This document shows positions 11,956 through 24,850 of a DNA stretch of 64,000 nucleotides, piece after piece. The notes under the pieces are model-generated. The model did no database searches and was not told where the DNA came from. It saw only the letters and a program-made list of their open reading frames with translations. Source of the stretch: Octopus sinensis (taxonomy: Eukaryota); NCBI RefSeq assembly GCF_006345805.1, contig NC_042999.1:107012001-107076000 (forward strand), written 5' to 3'. A program made the position numbers and the translations under genes. Numbering within the stretch: position 1 is the stretch's first letter; every line of letters starts with the position of its first letter.

Positions 11956-12272
11956 TTTTCTCCTTATCACAGGTTTTGTTGGAGCTGCTGGAGTCTTGCA
12001 GGCACAATGGGCTTACTTACCAGCAGCCTACAGCACCATGCTATTCATTCTTTTCAGCTATCTAATACTTTCTTGATTGTTCTGGCTGTGCCAAGGAGGC
12101 AAACCTTTTCTAACAGTCCTACTGGGTACTCTATTCCAATTTCCTCTATATCTGTCTTGATGTCTACTGATACTATTTCCAAGGACCCAACAATAATTCG
12201 CACTATCTCCACCTTCTTCATTTTCTGGACCCAACAATAATTCGCACTATCTTCAGTTTTTTCATTTTCCAT
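11956..12272 (-). mobile_element. 3' fragment of R4/Dong-like non-LTR retrotransposon
   Basis: C-terminus IIVGSLEIV...LLEKVCLLGTARTIKKVLDS*; flanked by (ATT)n. Confidence 0.75.
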
Positions 12273-12278
12273 TATTAA

Positions 12279-12310
<32 letters not shown>

Positions 12311-12357
12311 GTAGTAGTAGTAGTAGTAGTAGCAGCAGCAGCAGCAGCAGCAGTAGC

Positions 12358-12396
<39 letters not shown>
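12272..12396. repeat. Compound (ATT)n(AGT)n(AGC)n(AGT)n microsatellite
   Basis: Direct inspection. Confidence 0.95.
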
Positions 12397-12397
<1 letters not shown>

Positions 12398-12499
12398 TTT
12401 TACTTCTCAGAGCACTCAGAATCAACCAGAGCAAACAAGACTGTGAGAGTGGACAGCACCTATTATTAGTTGTTAATTGATTATTAGTTGTTAATTGAT

Positions 12500-14612
12500 T
12501 ATTAGTTGTTAATTTTTGTGGAAGACATACAACACCCAAGCACCAATCTCAAAATCATAGCTGTTCCCAGCAGTGCAGTTTTTTGAGCTTGTTCTACTCT
12601 CATGTCAATCCTGATTTCTCTGACATATTTCTCGAACTTGGTTGTTAGTGCTCCAAGTCTGGGATGACAGACACTCTCCTCATAGTTCACATTCTTGCAA
12701 TTTCCTGTTTTACTAACCTGTACTTTTTAATCTTTTCTAGTTCATTATCACTTATACATGCATCGTCAGGTATTACAATATTTATAATCTTGGTTTCCTT
12801 TTTCTTTTATCTACCACAACAATGTCTGGTCTCAATTAATCGAGTCACACTGGATTGTAAAATCTCACAGCATCTTATATGCATTGTTCTTAGTGACTCT
12901 TACTGGTCCATGTTCATACCTTTTTCATGTTCTTTTCAGGCTGTACTTTTCACATAGACTGCAGTGAACAAACGTAGCTATATTATCATGCTGCCTTTTG
13001 TTGTGTTTGGGGGCCAGCTGGCTACACTCACTCACAATATGTGAAATTGTTTTATTTTTGCTGCCACATATCCTATAAAGAGGTAATTTACTGCTCTTAT
13101 CTATTTGGAACTTAGTGTAATTAGTTCTCAGAGCTTGCTCCTGGGCACTGCATGTCAGTGCTTCAGTGCATCCTTTCAGATCACTTTTTTTTTAGCCATC
13201 TCCAAGTGTTGGTCTTGTTTATCCTTCGATTCCTCTCAGGTATTACCCATGCAGTCATTTCATTTTCCAATTGTTTGTTTATTCTTTTTCATCTTGCTTC
13301 TTAAATGTTTGTGGGTGCATCACATTTTCAGCAGGTATTATATTGTTAATTCTAACAGTAGCAAGTAAGGATTCACTTTGCTGTTTGATGTACCATACCT
13401 GACTGTTCCTGTTGTTGACAACACAGACCTTGCATCCTATGAGGCCACTTCCTCCCTTGTTTCTAGGCATATACAACCTGTCAATATCGCTTTTGTGATG
13501 TAATTCCTTGTTAATTATCATCACTTTTCTGGTTTGCCTGTCCATTTCCTCAAGTTCATTCTTTGTCCGCCTAACAACACCTGCATCGTATCACATTAAG
13601 GAAACAGCCCATGTATTCATTACCTTGACCTTGATTTTCCATTGAGCCTACTTCCCATAATTAATTAGCTTTTTCTGAGATATTCTTGCCTAAAGCTTTC
13701 CTTCATTTCACTTCCCTTTATTTTGTCATATTCCAAAATATCCAGATACTTACATTCATCAGTCTCAATATCCCTGATTTTCTTATTACACCATCAAATG
13801 ACACTACTTTGCCTCTTTGTATTATAAGCATACCACACTTTTTAGTCCCAAATTCCATCCCAATATCCTTGCCAAATATCTACACTATTGAAACTAGGCC
13901 ATTTATTTTACATTCAGTCTTCCCAAAGATCTTTACGTCATCCATATATAACAGAGGATTTAATATTCCTCCACTTTTCAAGATGTACATAGTATCTGTG
14001 TGAGGGGTACCATACAAATCACAAACAGCAATGGTGAAAGACTATCTCCCTGAAATATGCCTCTCTTGACGTTAATCCTCACCAAAAATTTTCACCATGA
14101 AGTTAACTCTGTATTCCAGTTCTTCATTGATCTCCTACTAAAATTTGATGTTATCAGACACTTGTACCTGCTCAAGACTTTCTAAAATCCAAGAATGGAG
14201 GACCGTGTCATATGCTTTCTAACAGCCAATCAACACTATGCCCATGTTAATGAGTCTTTTTTGCAGTCGTTCAGTCCCATTCTGTCTTTCAGAAGTTGGT
14301 CTTCTGACCTTCGGCTTTTCCTTCTATATCCCTTCTGTTCCACTAGCAGTTCGTCATTCATTTCCAGAAAGTTATACACATAATTAGATATTATTCCTGT
14401 CATCAGATTCCACATTAAGGACAGGCAGGTGATAGACCAGTAATTATCCACTGCACTATCTTTACTAGAATCCTTTTAGTAAAGAATTGTCTTATCTGTA
14501 GTCAGCCACTTTCAGATTTGCGTTCCATTCTTGGTCATTTTATTCATTTGCATGGCTATTCTTCTATGTGGTACAGGGAAATTTTTCAACCAATATCCTT
14601 GTACTCTATTCA
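12500..14612 (-). mobile_element. Decayed, 5'-truncated R4/Dong-like RLE retrotransposon
   Basis: Remnants DNYWSITCLSLMWNLMTGII, EQKGYRRKSRRSEDQLL, SDIDRLYMPRNKGGSGLI, zinc-knuckle-like RICG...HIVSEC, QKTALLGTAMILRLVL; many stops and deletions. Confidence 0.85.
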
Positions 14613-14639
14613 GGTATTATTATTATCATTATTATGCCA

Positions 14640-14930
14640 GCACCATGAAAAAAGCACCCATGTTGGCGCCACATAAAAAAGCACTCATGTCAGTGTCATG
14701 TGTAAAAGCACCTGTGTTGGTGCCACACAAGAGGCACCCATACTGGCGCCATATAAAACATGCCAATTACACTCTCTAAAGTGGTTGGCATTAGGGAGGG
14801 CATCCAACCATAGAAACCACACCCAAACAGATGACTAGAGCTTGGTGCAGCTCCTTGGCTTGCCAACTCTCGTCAAACTGTCTAACCCATGCCATGTTAA
14901 ACAATGTTTGTTAAACAATGATGGTGGTGG
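14640..14930 (+). mobile_element. RTE-type 3' end with degenerate internal repeats
   Basis: Repeated ca..taaaa..cacc units, then gtggttggcattagggagggcatcc...cccatgccatgttaaa. Confidence 0.65.
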
Positions 14931-15502
14931 TCATTATAGTCTTATAAGGCAACTAGCTGAATTGTTGCACATCAGACAAAATGTTTAGCTGCATTTCTTC
15001 TGGCTTTATGTTCTGAGTTCATATTCTGTTGAGGTTGACTTTGCTTTTCTTGTTTTTGGGGTCAATAAAATAAGTAGCATTTGAATACGGAGGCCAATGT
15101 AATCAATTTACCCTCACTCCCAACATTGCTGGCCATTAGTGTCATTCTTTATTTTTAAGAATACAAAATCACACAGAAATTTAGAAAACAAAATTACGAA
15201 AAATGCATCATCAAGGAAGTGTAAGAGAGGAAGTAATTAGGTCCTTCTTTACTTCATGAAATGGAAAAGCTAATTGCTATCTCTTGTGCATGATTAAGTT
15301 TTATTATATATTTTAATTGGAGTGGGTGTAAGCTGACTGTTGGTGGATGAATAATTATTTGTAAGATATCCCTTCTTTTAAAATGAAATATCAAAATGAA
15401 ATTAAGTATTTGATGGGATTTAAAAGAGCAAAAATTAGAAAAACATTGACCATTAGTTGTATGTAGATGGAGTAGAAATATGAACTATTCATTAAGATAA
15501 AG

Positions 15503-15910
15503 TTGTGGCTGTGTGGTAAAACGTTTGTTACCCAACCACACTATTCCAGGTTCAGTCCTACATTGTGGCACTTTGGGCAAGTATCTTCTAATATATCACT
15601 GGATTAACCATAGTCTTGTGAGAGGATTTGGTAGACAGAAACTGAAAGAAGCTTGTCATACACACAAACACACACACACTATGTATGTATACATGTATGT
15701 ATATATATATATATTCATATATATGTGCGTGTGTTTTTGTGTCTGCGTTTGCCCCCCACCACTGCTCGACAACTGGTGTTCATATGTTCACATTCCCATA
15801 ACTTAGTAGTTTGGCAAAAGAGACTGATAGAATAAGTACCAGGCTTTAAAAAAATGTACTGGCATCAATTTGTTTAAAAGCATGGCCACAATTTAATGAG
15901 GGAAACAGGT
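15503..15910 (+). mobile_element. SINE family A copy
   Basis: gtggctgtgtggtaaa...ccagggttcagtcc-like head...ggcaaaagagactgatagaataagtacc. Confidence 0.75.
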
Positions 15911-16132
15911 AAAAGAGAAAAGGCATATAATCTTCAGAAGGGTTACATGCCTTAAAACCATTATAGTCATTCTGATATTTGAAGAAAAGGATGTAAAAAA
16001 CATAAAAATTAACAACTGATAGAAGTTGTTACAAATAACTCTAAGCCACTGAACAAAAGGCTATTGCTGAAAATTATTTTAGCAAATATGCAGTTCTATC
16101 TTTTAAATTTTGAACTCTGACCAAAAAAAGAA

Positions 16133-16163
<31 letters not shown>

Positions 16164-16542
16164 TATTCAAGAAGTCTATGATATTATTGTTGTTGTTATG
16201 TTCGTTAGATTTAGAAGGATCCAATAGACTCTGTGGAAGAAACATTAATGGTTCAATAGCAGCTGAGAAAGCTGCTGCAGTAATGCATTGTAAAGTGTAG
16301 AGAGCAAGATGAGTTGAGTAAGACATCTCATTCATCCTCTAATTTTGTTCCCACACCCAGCCATCTCAACCTGGTCTTGCCCCTTGATTGAAGACGATCA
16401 CAGATGATAGGGAGTGAGGTTGACAGTGTGAAACCCTTCTTCATGACAATGCTCATCAGTCATCCTTAAGGGTGATTAGATGGTCCTCATCCCTCTGGCA
16501 GATGAACAAGAGTTTAGATGACCCTTGATGAAGTAGTGCAGT

Positions 16543-16839
16543 CGGAGGTACATGGTCTAGTGGTTAGAGCAGCGGACTTGCAGTTGAGGGATCGCAGGTT
16601 CGAATCTCAGACCGGGCGATGTGTGTGTTTATGAGCAAAACACCTAAGCTCCATGCGACTCCGGCAGAAGGTAATGGGGAACTTCTGCTGACTCTTTCGC
16701 CACAACTTTGTTTCACTCTTCCCTCTTGCATCTTGCAGCTCACTTGCGACTGACCGGCATCCCGTCCAGGTGGGGAACTTATATGCCAGAGAAACTGGGA
16801 AACTGGCCCTATGAGCCAGGCATGTCTCGAGAAGGAACA
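16543..16839 (+). mobile_element. tRNA-derived SINE (family C) with 12-bp target-site duplication
   Basis: A box tggtctagtggtt, B box ggttcgaatc; TSD aagtagtgcagt at 16531-16542 and 16840-16851. Confidence 0.9.
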
Positions 16840-17319
16840 AAGTAGTGCAGTGGTGATAAGTATCAAGCTATACTATTAAGAGCAAATGAGAAACCACCAT
16901 ATTCATGACAAACTTCCTTTCTGATTTACACACTCCACCAATGTTTTACTATCATGTGAGATATTCAATGAACTTTGTACCTCTTCCAGTAATTCTGTTA
17001 AGTTTACTATGGCATATTAATAAGCTAGATGAGATTTATTATATATTTCAGTCAGTCACTGTTTGCACTACTCTTACTTTGCCAAGTTAATTAAATCTAT
17101 TTCAGCAGGTGCCTTTACATGGTCATTTAATCTGATAGGTATAGTAGAATAATTTCCCTCAAATCTTATCCTACCATCTCAAAAAGATACAGAGGACATT
17201 CTGGATCGTGAGTTCCAAGACATTCAGCATCTGTAAACACAAAAAGAGTGTTTCATGAGTGGTAATATGGTTTTGATCTTGCTCATCCTCTAGTACACAC
17301 ATGCACACACTCACACACA

Positions 17320-17366
<47 letters not shown>

Positions 17367-17699
17367 AGAAACATACATATAAATATATATATATATGTTA
17401 CATTAGAGTTGTTAGTAGGTTGTTATGTAGACGTATATGTATATATATATATATATAGATAGATAAATAAAACTTACTTGGAAATAGATGCATGGCATTC
17501 GATCATATAATAATATATATATATATATATATGTGCATATATACACACATATATGTACATGCCTACATATATATGTATATATACAGGCATATATGGGTAC
17601 AGGATATCAAAAAAATGTGAACAAAATGAGAAATGAGAACCTAAAAACTAAAAACATGGAAAATGAACAGCTTCTGTCACATTCCAGGGAGAAAAACTA

Positions 17700-18140
17700 C
17701 AAGTAGTGGATAGCTTCCGTTACCTAGGGTACCAAATCAGTAGCCAGGGTGGATGCTCTGAAAGTGTAGCTGCTAGAATAAGAATAGCTTGTGCAAAGTT
17801 CAGAGAGCTTCTACCTCTACTGGTGGCACATGAAAAACAACATTTGAGCCTGGTCGTTGCCAGTGCTGGGGGACTGGCCCCCGTGCAGGTCGCATGTAGA
17901 AAACACCTTTTGAATGTGGTCGTTGCCAGAATCACCTGACTGGTCAATAGCACGTCAAAGCACCCACTACACTCTCGGAGTTGTTGGTGTTAGGAAGGGC
18001 ATCCAGCTGAAGAAACTTTGCCAGATCAGATTGAAGCCTGGTGCAGCCTTTAGGCTCGCCAGTCCTCAATCAAACCATCCAACCCATGCCAGCATGGAAA
18101 GCGGACGATAAACGACCATGACCACGATGATGATGATGAG
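17700..18140 (+). mobile_element. RTE-clade LINE fragment: RT C-terminal remnant joined to the 3' tail
   Basis: VDSFRYLGYQISSQGGCSESVAARIRIACAKFRELLPLL at 17703-17825, then the RTE-type 3' end and (GAT)n tail. Confidence 0.8.
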
Positions 18141-18510
18141 GAGGAGGAGGAGGATGATATATCATAAGAAATTATCACAAACCAATTATTGATATTTTGC
18201 ATGGATTTAACACATATGTTTTAAGTACTTATGAAACAATTTGTTATGTAAGTATCATTCTCATAATTTGATTACAAATTAAATGCATAGATGGAACCAA
18301 ATTTGCCTCAATACATAGTAGTAAACAAGAAAAATATCACATTAACCATAAGGACAATTATAGAGAGAAAGGGAACGAGAGATATAAGGAATGAAAGAAA
18401 AGAAGATAAGAGTAACAATAATAAAGAAAGATGGGGATAATGATGAAAATCAAGTAAGAATGATAAGAGATAGATACACAAATAAATATATAGATAATAC
18501 TGATGTCACA

Positions 18511-19130
18511 TACTGTATGGGATTTGTTTATGCATTCATTAGCTGCAGGATAGCATCAGCAGAAAAAATCCCTTTAAGATACCAGGTGTTGAAAAACACT
18601 GAATACCACAAATCAGGTGAGACAACATGCCCTGTAGGTGGTCAAGAATGATGAATATTGATATTCCGTTGTTTTTGCAGCTCTTCGGCATCATGTACGC
18701 TAGTCTCCTTGAAATGAATTGCAATTACTGGTCTGAGGCTTTTAAACAGATAGTGTCTATTCTAGCTACTGATGTGCAACAGTAAGGCACAGTTCAAACA
18801 AAATTACATTTTCAATTATAAGCTGATGTCCAAGTGCGAACATTACCAATGATGCATGCTTACTGTATGTATTTTGTTTATGCACTATTTGGCTTTGGAA
18901 CAGCTTCAGAGGGACAAATCTCTTTAAGACATCAAATTTTAGAGAACACTGGATACTTCGAACCAGGCAACACAACTCGCCATGTAGGTGGTCGAAATCA
19001 ATGGATATCAATATTTCATTGTTTTTAAAGCTCTTCCGCATCATGTACTGAAGTCACCTTGAAACAAACTGAAATTGCTGGTCTGAGGCTAATTTGCAAT
19101 TAGTGTGGAGTCTATCTGCTAATGTGCAAA
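18511..19130. repeat. Diverged tandem duplication, 350-bp period
   Basis: tactgtatg at 18511 and 18861; ~270 bp collinear (ctttaaga, gtaggtggtc, gctcttc.gcatcatgtac, ctggtctgaggct). Confidence 0.85.
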
Positions 19131-19167
19131 TCGTTGTTGTCATCGTCATTGAGAGGGAAAGGCAGGG

Positions 19168-19480
19168 AGGAGGAGGACGACGATGATGAGGGGAGATGCC
19201 TCACTAGTACTTCTTACAAAATATTAATTTCACCTTAACTATGCTAAACCAGTTGCAATTCATACCCATTCTAGTCACCCTACGTCGAATGTACACTATC
19301 TTCATGAACATAAAACTTGAAAGAAAGAAAGGGAAGAAGAGGAGGACGACAACGACGATGAGGGAAGATGCCTCACTAGTACTTCTTACAAAATATTAAT
19401 TTCACCTTAACTATGCTATACCCATTCTAGTCACCCTACATCAATTGTACACTATCTTTATGAACATAAAACTCGAAAGA
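19168..19480. repeat. Tandem duplication, ~145-160-bp unit
   Basis: gatgcctcactagtacttcttacaaaatattaatttcaccttaactatgcta...tgaacataaaact occurs twice. Confidence 0.9.
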
Positions 19481-19655
19481 AGGAAAGAAAGGAAGGAAGG
19501 AAGAAAGGAAGGAAGGAAGGAAGAAAGGAAGGAAGGAAGGAAGAAAGGAAGGAAGGAAGAAAGGAAGGAAGGAAGAAAGGAAGGAAGGAAGGCAGGAAGG
19601 GATAAAGAAAGAGAGAGAGATAGAGAGAGAGAGAAAGAAAGAAAGAAAAGGAGGA
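19478..19655. repeat. (AAGG)n/(AG)n purine microsatellite
   Basis: Direct inspection. Confidence 0.95.
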
Positions 19656-20021
19656 GGAACTACCCTCCACATTTCAATCAGTGTAGATGCATTTTCTTAC
19701 CGTGTCAATTCAAGTCCTCATCTTCAATCACTATTTGTGATATGTTAAGTATATCATGTTCTCTGTACAACATTACATTCATTCACTGCATGACATTTAC
19801 TAACTAGACATTTTTTTCTAGTTGTATTGTAGTCAATTACAGCACATCAAGTACCAACAATTGTGGTCCATAAAACCCTAAATACAGCAGAGACAATAAA
19901 AAAAACTGTCTTTGCATCTTGTAAAATTCTCCACATTTATTTTCAAGTCAGATTAAAATGGTTGTTGCATCTGTTATTTATCCCAGCTCAGTCCAGAGCA
20001 ACTGAACTATGATTTCAGGTG

Positions 20022-21159
20022 TATGATGTGGTATCAAAAATTGCCCAGACTAGTTCTCTAGCATGCCAACAGATGGCAGCACATGAGTGCATGTGCAGTG
20101 ACCTTCATGTGGCAGTGTGCTGAGTGACATTGCTGTGTTTACTTTGCAAGTTGTGAAATTTGTGTTTTTGTGATCACATGTATGCTGCAGTTTGTGATTT
20201 TTGTCATGGACAGGAAGTTGAAACAAAGAACCAATGGGAAATTTTGCATTAAACTTGGGAAGTCTGCTACAGAGACATTGAGCATACTTCGGCAAGCTTA
20301 TGGCAATAAGGCAATGGATCATACACAATGTTTCAAGTGGTACAGGTACTTCAAAAGTGGAAGAATGTCTGTAGAAAACAATGAGTGATCTGGAAGACCT
20401 GTCACAAACATCACCCCTGGAAATGTAGAGAAAATTCATCAACTTAGGCATCAGGATTGCATGAGGTCAATCATCAATGTTTGGGAGTATTCGAGAGAGG
20501 GCATTCAGTGAAAGTGACTGGACCTGTGGAGCACAAAGAATTGGATTTTAAGGCAGCAAGCTGGCAGAATAGTTAGCATGCCGGGTGATATGCTTAGCGG
20601 TATTTTGTCTGCTGCTACATTCTGAGTTCAAATTCCGCCAAGGTTGACTTTGCCTTTCATCCTTTTGGGATTGATTAAATAAGTACCAGTTACGCGCTGG
20701 GGTCGATATAATCGACTTAATCCGTTTGTCTGTGCTTGCTTGTCCCCTCTATGTTTAGCCCCTTGTGGGCAGTAAAGAAATAAGAATTGGATTTTTCATG
20801 ATGACAATGCACCCTGTCACTGAGCTCTCCTTATTCATGAAGTTCTTACCAAAAACAACATGGTATTGCTTCCGTACCCACCCTATTCACCAGATTTAGT
20901 ACCTGCAGACTTCCATATCTTTTTCTCAAGAAGAAAATGCTGCTCAAAGGTCACCATTTTAACACCCCTGTTGAGATCAAAAGCAAATTGTTTGAAGGTC
21001 CTCAACTCACTTATGGAAAACAAAAGTGGTGATAACACTGGAACTGGTGTATTGCTGCAGAAGGTGACTATTTCGAAGGAGATGATGTTAAAACTTAGGT
21101 AAATAAGATATTTTTTTTATCAAACATAATTAATCTGGGACCTTTTAGATATCAACCTG
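20022..21159 (+). mobile_element. Internally deleted mariner (Tc1/mariner) transposon
   Basis: MDRKLKQRTNGKFCIKLGKSATET...SGRP from 20206; WIFHDDNAPCH, YPPYSPDL and EGDYFEGD to 21098; degenerate TIRs at ~20024-20052 and 21131-21159. Confidence 0.9.
20550..20781 (+). mobile_element. SINE family B inserted in the mariner, 14-bp TSD
   Basis: aagaattggatttt at 20536-20549 and 20782-20795. Confidence 0.9.
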
Positions 21160-21769
21160 CTCACAGCCACCCCTGATTGTTGGGTGCAAACTTCATATTT
21201 TTAAGAGATCTTTATTAAATTTCCTCTTCTTTTATGTCACAAATGCCAAGTACAAGTAGTAGTGACAAAATTATTTTTACAAATTTTTTCATTATTTCAA
21301 AATTAATTGAAATAAAATCACTGTACTTCAATAGAAATATGGTAATGTAAGGGTTAATAGTTTCAAGATATACATTATCTAATGTGTCCTTCTCGCTCAG
21401 TTCTCTTTTATATCACACTTAGTTTATTTATGTCTAACCTTCTTTAATACCAAACTTGGTACATTAATGTTCATTACTTTCTTTGAAGTTACACACACTT
21501 GGTTAATATATATTCACTTAGAGGTAACATTAGATATATCTATGTTCACAGTCATCTTTCATTTTATGCTTGGTATATTTAGGTGTATGTATGGCCGTGT
21601 AGTTTAGAACTTTAGTTTCTAACCCAACCGCATGGTTTCAAGTTCAGTTCAGATGCAAATTATATTACCGCTTGAGTAAGTGTCTTTAACAATATATATG
21701 TGTATGTGGTGTGTGTGTGTGCGTGTGTGTGTGTGTGTATCTATATGTATATGATGGAATTTCCCATCA

Positions 21770-22050
21770 CAGACGATATATGAGGGTTTGGCTTTTGCTG
21801 GAAAACTTGCACAGATGATTTGTTTATAGTAACCAAATGCATGTGTTGTACATTAGCTTACATGTTCTATCAAACCAATATTGCCTTGCTCAGGTGCACA
21901 AGTGTGCCACACATCTTATGTTGAAATGATCACAGAGCAACGTGAAATGAAGAGTTTTGCTGAAGAACACCACATAGCACCCAGTCCAGGAATTGAACCC
22001 ATGATCTAGCAATCATGAGCGCAACACTCTAACCACCAGGTCATGCACCT
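21770..22050 (-). mobile_element. Degenerate tRNA-derived SINE
   Basis: Minus strand aggtgcatgacctggtggttagagtgttg...gggttcaattcc; related to 36636-36875. Confidence 0.6.
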
Positions 22051-22131
22051 TCACATGCACACACAAACATGCACACTAACATATGTATATGCACATACAG
22101 ACACTTACATATATATGCATATATATTTAAT

Positions 22132-22231
22132 ATATCTGAAAAATACATGTTAACACGTTTTCAGGATGATTCAAAATTACTTAATTTTGGATCATCCGGT
22201 AAACATTGTGTTAACATGTATTTTCGGATGT
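22132..22231. repeat. ~100-bp near-perfect hairpin (inverted repeat, 2-nt loop)
   Basis: atatctgaaaaatacatgttaacacgttttcaggatgattcaaaatta-ct-taattttggatcatccggtaaacattgtgttaacatgtattttcggatgt. Confidence 0.85.
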
Positions 22232-22364
22232 GTTAATTTCAATGATGTTTTCTATATTTAAAATCTAAATATGCTGACACAACAAAAACAATTGTCCGCT
22301 TCATAGGGTGAATTCTACAAATAAAGATATGATGTCCTTTATCCTACTTTTGTCATGTGTGTGT

Positions 22365-22443
<79 letters not shown>

Positions 22444-22599
22444 TGGTCATGGAGAAACATCACCTTGCTTGGAAACAGGTGATCGTTGAAAAGAGAAAGA
22501 GAATCTGATCATAGAAAATCTGCCTCAACAAAATCCATCTGACCCATTAAAGCATGTAAATATCATGATGGAGATGGTTTTGTTTGACATCTGTCATGT

Positions 22600-22910
22600 C
22601 ATCAAGCTTGATGTAGTTATATTCACAATCCTCTTTGACATCAGATCTCTATATTTTTGTTCACTTCCTTCTTTCATGTCATCCTTGGTTTGTTAATTCT
22701 CTTTGTTACTATACTTTATTGTCATACTTGATATATTTATGTTCATCATTGCCTTTGGTGTCACACTTGGTATATTTGTGTTCACACTTCTACATATTTT
22801 GATGTTATAGTTGATATGTATATGTTCATTGCCTTCCTTGCAATCATAGTGACTATATCCATGTTTATTACATTCAGTTCTTCCATGTAATACATGCATC
22901 CTACTGTGTT
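22600..22910 (-). mobile_element. Highly degraded R4/Dong-like endonuclease-region remnant
   Basis: KDDMKEGSEQKYRDL resembles the KExEKxxKYxDL RLE motif; otherwise weak. Confidence 0.35.
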
Positions 22911-24119
22911 GTGCATCATTAAATATTAGAGGAAGTTTTTTTTATAATTGTTATTGCAAAAGCAATTGTTGTTTATAAAGTGAATATCTCTAAGTAAAAC
23001 GCCATCACCTTGAATGATAGGCTGCATTTGACAGCTAACCATACTGTATAATTTTGGTCTGTTGACTATAATACAACACCAGACTGATTAAATGCCATAC
23101 CCATCAATGTCAGCTTGCACTAATGTATTAACATGTGTGTGCTTATAATTAATTCTGTTTACTTGAGTATGTTATATCAAACTGATTAGCTTCTATCTTC
23201 TTGAATAATGAAGTCATTCGTGAATTTGAGCATTTAATACTCATGAATGTCTGTCTAATAACTAATATTCCCACTTACAAATGTTATAATAAGAAAAGGT
23301 TGCATTCATACCAAGAATAATATTTTAATATATTTCTTTCCGAATGTTAGATTTATGGTTTTGGTATACCTTCATAAATTTTTAGGGTAAGATACACCAA
23401 TTCAAATTCATATAATTTTGATCTGTAGCTTTAAAAACTAACATTTCTATAATAGACTCACATATAGAATCGTTGGTCTTATATCTAAGATACTTCACCA
23501 TATAAAATATCTTTCTATTGTTATTAACATTACCGTTTTAGTGACCCCATTGCCATGCCTACCTAAGTCAGATGAAGCTTATAGAGGCAGATTTTCTACA
23601 GCCTGATGCTGTTCCTGTCACCAACCCTCACCTGTTTCCAAACAAGGTAACATTTTCTTCATGGCTAGATATGCTTTTACAGAATATTGGAAATGAATGA
23701 CACTGCACATGTGACAATGACACTCATCTACAAATATTTCACAGACAAAACACTAGAGAATTCTTCACATTTCTGGCACTGCCAATACTCACACATGCAC
23801 ACATGTTCTCCACAGTGTTAAATAAAAGAATTACTCAACAACACACTGCTATATTTAGCTCATTAATAAACTGTTTCACCTCTGTGTCTCTTTTAATTCA
23901 ACTACAATATTTTCTGCACTCCTGAATTAGAAAACTCCAAAGCTTCATACAACTCTCATCAAAGCCAATAGGATGCACCTGCTTTTTCACTTTTCTCATT
24001 AAGGCAATGAAGGAGATTCATATCTCTTTAAAATTACACTGTATCACCTTGGAATTATCAGGACACCTTGCTTATATACTAATAATACATTATATATAGT
24101 CTTGATAAGATTATCATAT

Positions 24120-24127
24120 CATCATCC

Positions 24128-24162
<35 letters not shown>

Positions 24163-24850
24163 GTTATTCAACATCTGCTTTCCATGCTGTCATGTGTTGG
24201 ATGGTTTGGCAGGAGCTGGCCAACCAAAAAGATGCACCAGGCTCCAATTTTCAAATTTGATATGGTTTCTAAAGCTGGATGCTTTGTCACCTTTGTCACC
24301 TTTTTGTCCCACATTTTCCAGGCTCTACCCCCTCTACATGTTGCCTCCACAATTAGAGATCAACACTTCTTTATGCAGCACACCTCTTCCATATACATCA
24401 CATGGCCATACCAGCATAGCCTTCTTATACCCAATTTTTCTTTTAAATCATTTTCCTTCTGCCATACATACACAATGACATTACCTGCCCAGTAGAGAGT
24501 GCTGGCTTCATTTCTTTCAAACCTTCACATGTCATCTGTAGTTATAGTCCAAGTTTCACTACAATGTAGCAAAGCTGTACATACACAATTTCCCCTCTAG
24601 TTCTGGTAGTGATTCAGTTATATGAACAAGGTCATCAACATAGAGAATCTCACAAGGGCAACCAGTCTTAAATTCCTTTGTTATCACCTAGAAGACTACG
24701 ATAAACAAGAGGGAGCTGAGAACTGATCCTTGGTGAACTCACACTAAATCCGTTGCTATACTCATTCCCAACCTTCACCTCACTGACAGTATCTCTGTAG
24801 TTGGCTTGTACAGCTCTCACCAACCACTCATCTATCCTTAGCTTCCTCCA
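24120..24850 (-). mobile_element. Decayed RTE-clade LINE 3' portion
   Basis: AVQANYRDTVSEVKVGNEYS (RT region), SETW...RFERNEAS, LCWYGHVM, CRGGRAWKMWDKKV, then the shared RTE-type tail and (GAT)n. Confidence 0.8.

Noticed and set aside
16543-16615. tRNA gene (A and B boxes present); likewise at 44496
   Set aside because: Both continue into SINE bodies flanked by TSDs; I could not build a complete cloverleaf.
23300-23520. Possible degraded Penelope endonuclease remnant (VFKAT...KVYQNHKS)
   Set aside because: Similarity is too weak to call by eye.
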